DNA of 63,918 bases, the filler included, from Octopus bimaculoides (lineage: Eukaryota): assembly GCF_001194135.2 (NCBI RefSeq). It is 7 parts of 6 records of this genome, joined end to end, with 100 filler letters (N's around TTAATTAATTAA, not from the genome) between each part and the next. Parts side by side here need not be neighbours in the genome. Positions count along the whole stretch, not along the records: positions 52,684 to 58,079 come from NC_068997.1; positions 58,180 to 61,001 come from NC_068998.1; 5 more parts are not named here. One strand, written 5' to 3'. The notes beneath the pieces were generated by a model, which did not search any database, was not told the DNA's origin, and worked only from the letters and a program-made list of their open reading frames with translations. Position numbers and translations under genes: made by a program. Below, one piece after another: positions 52,715 through 61,101 of this stretch (position 1 is the stretch's first letter; each line of letters begins with the position of its first letter).

Positions 52715-52960
52715 GTCAAAGAAATCGAAATTGACATGAGAGCAGAGCAAGTCCCAAAAAACTGCTCTGCTGGGGACAGCTAGGATTTTGAGATAGGTAC
52801 TTGGATGTTGAATGACTGACACGATAATTACTGACCAAGTGTCAAAGCTTATAATGTTCAGAAAGAGACCCTGTGAGACCTCTGACAGCAGGCTGTTGTC
52901 CGCTCTCACAGAATCTACCAGAGCAAACAAGACCGAACGTTCTGAGAAGTAAAACAACAA
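52715..52960 (+). mobile_element. R4/Dong-like LINE extreme 3' end
   Basis: Frameshifted IDMRAE-QKTALLGTARILR-VL motif (caaaaaactgctctgctggggacagctaggattttgaga) then UTR and (aac)n. Confidence 0.6.
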
Positions 52961-52970
52961 CAATAATAAT

Positions 52971-53814
52971 GGTTTCAAATTTTGGTACAAGGCCAACCAT
53001 TTCGGAGTAAGGGCTAAGTCGATTACATTGGCCCCAGTGTTCAACTGGTACTTATTTTATCGACTGCGGAACGATGAAAGACAAAGTCGACCACAGTGGC
53101 ATTTGAACTCAGAACATAAAGTCACGAAGCATTTTTTTCCGGCACGGTAACAATTCTGCCAGAAAGTATCGGTTTCAAATTTTGGCACAAGGCCAGCAAT
53201 TTTTGGGAAGCGGGTAGTCGATTACATCAACCTCAGCGTTGAACGGGTACTTTTTTAATCGACTTCGAAAGTATTAAAAGCGAAGTCGACCTCGTCGAAA
53301 TTTGAATTCAGAACGTATAGACGGACGAAATGCCACTAAGTATTTGGTCCGGGATGCTAACGATTCTGCCAGCTCGCAACTTCAATAATAATAATAATCC
53401 TTTCTACTATAGGCACAAGGCCTGAAATTTTGGGGCAGGGGTTAAGTCGATTATATCGACCCCAGTACCCAACTGGTACTTAATTTGTCGACTCCAAAAA
53501 AGATGAAAATCAAAGTCGACCTCCGTGGAGTTCGAATCAGAACGAAGCGACGAGCGAAATACCGCTAAGCATTTCGTCCAGCGTGCTAACAATTCTGCGA
53601 ACTCGCTGCCTTAAGTGGCTTCAAATTTTGGCATAAGGACAGCAATTTCGGGGGAGATGATGAGTCGATTATCTCGACCCCAGTGTTCAACAGTCACTTA
53701 TTTTATCAATCCCAAAAGGATGAACGGCAAAGTCGAACTCGGTGGAATTTGAGCATAAAACGTAGCCCAAGCATTTCGTCCAGCGCTCTAACGATTCCGC
53801 CAGCTCTCCGCCTC
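52971..53814 (-). mobile_element. Tandem array of four SINE family B copies
   Basis: Copies at about 52971-53162, 53171-53382, 53398-53612 and 53615-53814, each with ggcacaagg, gtcgatta, tacttattttatcgac, aaagtcgac, ttgaactcagaac and gctaacgattctgcc motifs. Confidence 0.88.
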
Positions 53815-54016
53815 AACAACAACTACAACAACAACAACAAAAACAGCAACAACAACGGTGATGTTGTTATTATTGTTTTTATTCTCTGCTTTCGGCGTAT
53901 TTATAGTTCTAATTACTGGAAGAGGCGCTTAACTTGTAATCAATGTTTCCTTTCACCATATTTAACTTGTTATCAATGTTTTCTTTCATCATATGATGCT
54001 AACAATTGAATGTAAT

Positions 54017-54275
54017 GGCTCCAAGCTTGCAGAATCGTTAGCACGTCAAACAACACGCTTAGAGTCGTTCTGAGTTCAAATTCCACCGAGACCGACTTTG
54101 TTTAGATGGCGAACTGGTCGAATCGTTAGCACGCTGGGTGAAATGCTTCTCGGCATTTCATGTTACGTTCTGAGTTCAAATGCTGCCGAGGTCGATTTCG
54201 CTTTTCATTCTTTTGGGGTCGATAAAATAAGTATCAGTTGAACACTGGAGACGATGTGCCTTCTGCTAAAATTTG
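54017..54275 (+). mobile_element. Two SINE family B copies in the opposite orientation
   Basis: gcagaatcgttagcacg...ttctgagttcaaattcc (54017-54100); gaactggtcgaatcgttagcacg...gaggtcgatttcgc...ggggtcgataaaataagt (54104-54275). Confidence 0.85.
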
Positions 54276-54566
54276 AAATCATTATAACTTTCATTGCTAT
54301 TCCCACCACCATATCATATATAATATCCACATTCTGAATTTTATAATTTGAATTATCTCTATATCTTGAATAACAAATTATATATGTATAAATATCTTCT
54401 AAAAGTTAGACGCAAAATGTATTCGATATGATGAATTTATAAACAAATTATATATTTTTCTTCCACTGACTACAAAAAATTTTGGATGCATAACTCTGTA
54501 TTCATAAATGCCATGTACAAGAGATATCTTTATATATTTGCGTGTATATATGAAGGTATATATCAT

Positions 54567-54701
54567 CTAGACACCTGTTTCTATTTTTTTATAACTTTTC
54601 CTGCTTTTAAGGCGCTCTGTCTCCAGCTGGAGCCACTGATTTCTATTTTCTAAGACACCGTTTGCCATGATTTCAAACGTACTGTCAAGACGTGCCAGGG
54701 C
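54567..54701 (-). CDS. Terminal coding exon of a class I cyclic nucleotide phosphodiesterase (PDE5/PDE6/PDE11-like)
   Basis: Minus strand: strong acceptor ttcattctttatttttcag, phase 0, then ALARLDSTFEIMANGVLENRNQWLQLETERLKSRKSYKKIETGV*. Resembles the last catalytic-domain helices of PDE5/6/11 (pattern AL...hxxhhxGxxxNRxxW, cf. human PDE5A [23 protein letters not shown], recalled). Too short for the ORF track. No upstream exons recognised in the window. Confidence 0.75.
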   Translation of the reverse strand, partial: ALARLDSTFEIMANGVLENRNQWLQLETERLKSRKSYKKIETGV

Positions 54702-54882
54702 CTGAAAAATAAAGAATGAATAGGATTTTTATTAGTTTAAATATGTATATTTTATTTCTTATTCAATTTAATATCAAAACCTATTTTAATCGAATTATCT
54801 GCATATATATAAATAAACAAGCAAATAAATATGAAAAAAAGCAACCAAACAAATATTTACAGAGATACACCTCTCTTTCTCT

Positions 54883-54931
<49 letters not shown>

Positions 54932-55064
54932 GAAGCGAGCGTCCTGAACCTAGTCAGATGAAGTGCTACTCCAGTAAAATCAACTGCAAATATTCTTTAA
55001 CACCTCACATGGAATCGTTTACATATAATGGCGTTAGAAACGGATTCGTACCGAAACGATTGTG

Positions 55065-55857
55065 GTAGATTTGTTCGTGTGTATGAGAGAGAGAGTAAAT
55101 ACTACATACACACCGCTCTCTCACTCTGTCTCACACACATACACACGCACACACACACACCTTGACTCACTCACACTCTGTCTCTTACAAACACACACAT
55201 ACATAAATGTATACAAACATATTTACAGACACACGTGTGTATGCGCGCGCGTGCGTGTTTGTAAGAGACAGAGTGTGAGTGAATCAAGGGCTGTGTTGTC
55301 ATATACATACACCCAAAGATGTATGTATATTTATGCATGTACGTATACATGACAACAAACCTTTCTCTCTCACTCACACTCTGTCTCTTACAAACACACA
55401 CATACGTAAATGTATACAAACATATTTACAAAGACATACGTGTGTATGCACGCTCGCGTACTCCGGTATTGACGTAACAACGGCAAAAAGCATCGCTCTC
55501 TATTTTGTGTGTGTTCGTGTGTGTGTGAGAGAGAGAGAGAGTAAATACTACATACACACTGCTCTCTCACTCTGTCTCACACACATACACACGCACACAC
55601 ACACCCCTTGACTCACTCACACTCCGTCTCTTACAAACACACACATACATAAATGTATACAAACATATTTACAAAGACACGTGTGTATGAGCGCGCGTGC
55701 GTGTTTGTAAGAGACAGAGTGTGAGTGAGTCAAGGGCTGTGTTGTCATATGCATACATCCAAAGATGTATGTATAGTTATGCATGTACGTATACATGACA
55801 ACAAACCTCTCTCTCTCACTCACACTCTGTCTCTTACAAACACACACATACATAAAT
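55065..55857. repeat. About 446-bp tandem unit (about 1.8 copies before a gap) with internal 35-bp inverted repeat
   Basis: gtaaatactacatacacac at 55095 and 55541; arms 55160-55194 / 55255-55289 (one mismatch), repeated in unit 2. Confidence 0.85.
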
Positions 55858-56308
55858 NNNNNNNNNNNNNNNNNNNNNNNNNNNNNNNNNNNNNNNNNNN
55901 NNNNNNNNNNNNNNNNNNNNNNNNNNNNNNNNNNNNNNNNNNNNNNNNNNNNNNNNNNNNNNNNNNNNNNNNNNNNNNNNNNNNNNNNNNNNNNNNNNNN
56001 NNNNNNNNNNNNNNNNNNNNNNNNNNNNNNNNNNNNNNNNNNNNNNNNNNNNNNNNNNNNNNNNNNNNNNNNNNNNNNNNNNNNNNNNNNNNNNNNNNNN
56101 NNNNNNNNNNNNNNNNNNNNNNNNNNNNNNNNNNNNNNNNNNNNNNNNNNNNNNNNNNNNNNNNNNNNNNNNNNNNNNNNNNNNNNNNNNNNNNNNNNNN
56201 NNNNNNNNNNNNNNNNNNNNNNNNNNNNNNNNNNNNNNNNNNNNNNNNNNNNNNNNNNNNNNNNNNNNNNNNNNNNNNNNNNNNNNNNNNNNNNNNNNNN
56301 NNNNNNNC

Positions 56309-56588
56309 AATCGCCATTTATTTCAATTACTCTTGTGAGGATATTCACGTAAATCATTTTTTTCATTTAATCCCCATTTTAATTTTCGTAAAAGTTTCCA
56401 AGTATCAATGAGGCTTTTTGGCACATCTTCAATTTTCCCCATTCATGAGAGGCACCCAGCCATCATTCATCTGAGAGTCCATCTACAGAATGTCCTCTCA
56501 AATTTCTATACAGCATATTTTGCCTTTTTTTCTTCAAGTATATAAGCAACAATTTCATTCCCGAGCAACGCCGGGTGCCTCTGCTAGT
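56309..56588 (+). mobile_element. Helitron 3' terminal region
   Basis: Hairpin cccgagcaacgccggg (56560-75), 8 nt, then CTAG (56584-87) followed by T: the classic Helitron 3' signature. Confidence 0.75.
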
Positions 56589-56789
56589 ATGTATATATAT
56601 ATATATGTGTGTGTTTGTGTCTGTGTTTGTCTCCCCACCATCGCTTGAGAACCGATGTTGGTGTATTTAAGTCCCTTTAAATTAGCGTTTCAACAACACA
56701 CACATATATACATACGCATACATACATTCATACATACATACATACATAAATTCATATATACATACATTCATGCATACATTCAAGAAGCA

Positions 56790-57360
56790 CTCTCTTCCCG
56801 ATGATACAGCCCCCAAAACTGCTTGGCTCTCTTACCTCAGAGAAGACCTTGATGGAAAGCATTCAGCATACAAAGAAAAAAACAAAGAAAAAAAACAAAG
56901 AGACTATGCATGGTCATGTTGCCCGGAAGCTTGAAAAAAACAGTAGAATTGACACGAAGAGCAGCCTCCCTTGGACACAAGACCACTACATCACATCACA
57001 CTTTAAGGGCTATGCGCTTGCAATCCAGGAACAAGAGATTGCCACAAAGTACAAGATGAACAAGAGAGACAGTGACGCTCTTGTAATCCCAAGGTGCAAT
57101 CTCATGTGTAGGCTATGTCATGTTTCTGTGGAAGACATCACGCATGTGATTAGCATCTGTCCTAAAATGTCGTCACGGTACTACTTCCCTATGCGGCACG
57201 ATTTTGTTGCTAAAACAATTTACAATGCCATGCACAAAAAAACACTGTCCTGAAATAAACTTAGAAAATCCCTGTTATGGAATACATTCATAAACATCAA
57301 CTCAAGGAATACTGGTGGAATATTCCCATCAAAACGTCTGTTAAATGTAAATATAACAGA
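56790..57360 (+). mobile_element. R4/NeSL-like LINE ORF fragment with CCHC zinc knuckle
   Basis: MHG...LAIQEQEIATKY...CRLCHVSVEDITHVISICPKMSSRYY..RHD.VAKTIY...EYWWNIPIKT. Confidence 0.85.
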
Positions 57361-57604
57361 CTAAACTGGATAAACTGGAAATTTCAGAAAGAAAAATCGA
57401 CCGGCTAATTTGTACATTACAAGTTCAATCTGGGAGTGGAACAGTAAAGATATGCAAGGCTTTTCTCAAATTCCACCTGTGAATTTCTCTGTGTTAAGTA
57501 CAGCCCAAAGATGGGGCATTTTATCTTTGTTGAAAGCCGGCTCCCTCCTCAGTGGAAGATTTATAATAATTAAAAATAAAAGATACATACATACATACAT
57601 ACAT

Positions 57605-57930
57605 ACAGGTGCAGCTGTCTGGTAAGAAGCTTGCTTCCCAACAATGTGGTTTCGGGTTCAGTCCCACTGCGTGGCATGTTGGCCAAGTGTCTTCTACTAT
57701 AGTCTTGGGCTAACCAAGCGGATTTGGTAGACGGAAACTGAAAGAAACCTGTCGTGTATAGACACACACACACATATGTGTGTGCGTGTGAGTGTGTGTG
57801 CATGTTTTGTGTATGTATTTGTCTCCCACTACCGTATGACAACCGGTGTTGGTGTGTTTACATTCACGTAACTTAGCGGTTCGGCAAAACTGACGGGCCG
57901 AATAAGTATCAGGCTTCAAAAGAAAATAAA
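57605..57930 (+). mobile_element. SINE family A
   Basis: gctgtctggtaagaagcttgcttccc...gggttcagtcccactgcgtggca...aagtgtcttctactatag...ggatttggtagacggaaactgaaag...gacaaccggtgttggtg. Confidence 0.85.
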
Positions 57931-57978
57931 TACTGTAGTCTAATAACTGAAACAACTAAAAGATGAAAGATTACACAT

Positions 57979-58046
<68 letters not shown>

Positions 58047-58179
58047 GTATGGATATATATATATATATGTGTGTATATANNNNNNNNNNNNNNNNNNNNN
58101 NNNNNNNNNNNNNNNNNNNNNNNTTAATTAATTAANNNNNNNNNNNNNNNNNNNNNNNNNNNNNNNNNNNNNNNNNNNN

Positions 58180-58219
<40 letters not shown>

Positions 58220-58879
58220 ATATATATGTGTGTGTGCGTGTGTGTGTTTATATCTCTGTGTACATATCTATGTGAGTATGTATATGTGTGTGTGTGTGTA
58301 TGTATCATCTCATCATCATCATCATTTAATGTCTGTTTTCCACACTGGCATGGGTTGGAAGGTTTGACAACAAATGATAACGAGGATTACATAATGGTTG
58401 AAACATGAGATTTTGTTAACCTCCTCATCAATGATAGCAATATATGCAATGAGTGGTATCAAATGCCTGATAAGTTTTCATGCTATGCAAATTGTCAACA
58501 ACATCACCAATGATACATGCAGTAGCAGATAGACAACGGAGCTTCAACATCTTTACTCCCCCCAAAGTAGTACTTGCACACATTTCAACACTATTTTACC
58601 ATTGCTAACAGAAGAAATGAAGATAATGTTAGAATGCATGTGTGTGTCTATCCACTTCAATTTGGGGAAGGCATTACCTTGAGCATCTGTGTTCTGGTTA
58701 TTTATCTCCAACTGCATATGTCAATGATGTTCTTCATAATTTGCATGACAAGGAAATATATTGAGTATATAACATCACGCATTGCATTTTTTACTAACAC
58801 TGAATTAACAAGATTACTTAATGTTCCAACCATTATGTCATCTTGGGTGTCGTTTGCTAAAATGATCATATGTGTTATA

Positions 58880-59096
58880 TGAGGGGATACTGAAAAGTTC
58901 CTGCTTTTAAGGGTATTGTGAAAGGTCTGGTTAGAGGCCCAACCTTCCTAGTTCTTTTACAGGACCTAGAAAAACTGAAGGACTACTACAATAAGTCTGT
59001 GAATCTGGGAGAGAAATATGTTGGATAAAATCATAATTAACTGATCCTCCTGTATTTTCTTTTACCCAAAGCCAGGAACTTTTCAGCACCCCCTTG
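58880..59096. mobile_element. mariner-derived MITE with TA target duplication
   Basis: TA|tgaggggatactgaaaagttcctgcttt ... aaagccaggaacttttcagcacccccttg|TA. Confidence 0.85.
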
Positions 59097-59217
59097 TAAT
59101 GAATAAAATACTGTGTATTGTTACACTTATTGATGGTCATCTTTTTCTGATTAAACATTCACACTATTCATTTGATCTTCACTTCAGCTTTATTACTATT
59201 ATTATTAGTTTATTTAA

Positions 59218-59420
59218 AGTGGGTAGCTGGCAGAACTGTTAGCATGCTGGGCGTAATGCTTAGTGATATTTTATCTGTTGTTACATTCTGAGTTCAAATT
59301 CCGTCAAGGTCAACTTTGCCTTTCATCCTTTTGGTCAATAAATTAAGTACCAGTGAAACACTGAACTCGATATAATCAACTAGTCCCTTCCCACCAAGGT
59401 CCAGTAGAAAGGATTATTAT
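59218..59420 (+). mobile_element. SINE family B
   Basis: agctggcagaactgttagc...ttctgagttcaaattcc...caactttgcctttcatcc...aaattaagtaccag. Confidence 0.85.
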
Positions 59421-59916
59421 TAGTTGATTTGTCAAAGTTCTTTTATCACATGTTCTGTGATCTCTTCAGTGACTGTCTATCCCATGTGTCTCCTCTTATC
59501 CTGCCTATTCTATTTTGTAGAGGAGACATGTCACAGAATGTTTGATGAAAAATAAACTAAAAGTAATAATAATAATAAAACTAAAGCGTAAATCAAACAA
59601 ATAGTGCATGTATTTGATTGGCAAAAGATGATCTTCCCCAAGTATAACAATATCTGCTTCAACACAATTTTACATCAAGAATCTTGAAAAACAAATACAT
59701 AAGTTTAATACTGTATATCTTTTCTGTAATTTATGAATTCTATTATGTGGCTTGTATTCTGTACACTACCCTGTCTTATAGTTTCATGCTCTACATTAAA
59801 CTGCCCTGTATAAATAAGTGGAGTGTGCAATTTACTACCGAGCTTAAACTTTGATTATGTCTCATGCTTCACAACACACACACACATGTGTGTGTGTGTC
59901 TGTGGGTCTGTCTGTG

Positions 59917-59986
<70 letters not shown>

Positions 59987-60406
59987 TATATATATACATA
60001 TATATATACATACATATATATATACAAACACACATACGACATACATACACACATCCATACATACATACACACGTACATACTTATATATGCGCATACATAC
60101 ATAAATACACACTGTAAAAACCCATGTAATTTATGCACTTTCACAAAAACAAAAATAAACTTTAGTGGATGCATAAATTGCGTGAGTTGATCATTTTCAG
60201 AATTTTTTTAGAAATTTTTTCTGTTGAAAAATGATGTACAAATGTAAACATTTGTATGGGAAGTTGATTCATCCAATGTCATAATAGGGTTTAACAGAAA
60301 AAATATAATGAAGTTGACTTTTATTTATGCTGAACAGTATAAAGCTTACTTTTTCTGTATAAATTTACTAAAACCATTAAATGGTTAACTACTTTTCGAA
60401 GTAGTT

Positions 60407-60695
60407 TGTGGTATGACGTCAGTGTCTGGGGAGGCTGACTGGAAGGGCGAGTCGACCGGAAGGGGAAACAGGGCAGAGGGAGCCTCGATCGGCGTTCGTG
60501 CCCTTTTCGAACGGGGCTGCGGTCAGGTCAAGACGTGTTAAGCGATGGTCTAGGTTTGGGGAGAAGCAGCTGCTATACCTGGTGTACCTTGGGTCGGGGC
60601 AAGCTTCAAGGATCGGATACCGCAAGACGGACTCACAGTCGAGGAAAGGAAAACCGAGGTAAGGCGATTACATCTACTCGTACGCACACACCACA
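60407..60695 (+). mobile_element. 5' LTR (289 bp) of a Gypsy-like retrotransposon
   Basis: GC-rich block bounded by the inverted hexamer TGTGGT...ACCACA (TG...CA), 35 nt upstream of a gag-like ATG. The second LTR is not in the window, so boundaries are inferred. Confidence 0.7.
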
Positions 60696-60730
60696 AGCTA
60701 TTTCGGCACCACGTGCAGAAATTCGCCGCG

Positions 60731-61001
60731 ATGGCAGCCACCAAGATTAGGATCGCCAGCGATGTGATCAGGCCTTCTAATGGCGAAGGAGATGTGATGG
60801 CCTGGATACGAAAAATTAGGCTCGTTGCCAAGCTGCAAGGAATGTGGCGAATCTCATGGCTCTGTACTTGGAAGGGAGCGCCCTGACCCTCTACCTAGAA
60901 ATGGACGAGGAAGAAAGATTAAGTGCAGAGAACGTCGAACGGAGGCTGAGAGAGGCATATACGGAGAGTGAGTACGCTGCCTTCGTAAAACTAGGAACGA
61001 T
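60731..61001 (+). pseudogene. Gypsy-like gag N-terminus, frameshifted near 60840, cut by a gap
   Basis: MAATKIRIASDVIRPSNGEGDVMAWIRKIRLVAKLQG / VANLMALYLEGSALTLYLEMDEEERLSAENVERRLREAY resembles invertebrate Gypsy gag (DVxxWLxKxxLVAKL...LYLEGxALxLY). Confidence 0.75.
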
Positions 61002-61101
61002 NNNNNNNNNNNNNNNNNNNNNNNNNNNNNNNNNNNNNNNNNNNNTTAATTAATTAANNNNNNNNNNNNNNNNNNNNNNNNNNNNNNNNNNNNNNNNNNN
61101 N

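Noticed and set aside
57460-57545. Minus-strand EPAFNKDKMPHL as the penultimate PDE exon
   Set aside because: Lacks the invariant Q-x-x-F/W-I-D motif and has no fitting donor site.
31460-61057. TTAATTAATTAA islands inside N runs (31460, 43148, 48451, 52628, 58124, 61046)
   Set aside because: An identical 12-mer centred in N padding that gives stops in all six frames: an assembly spacer, not biology. Adjacency across these gaps is unverified.
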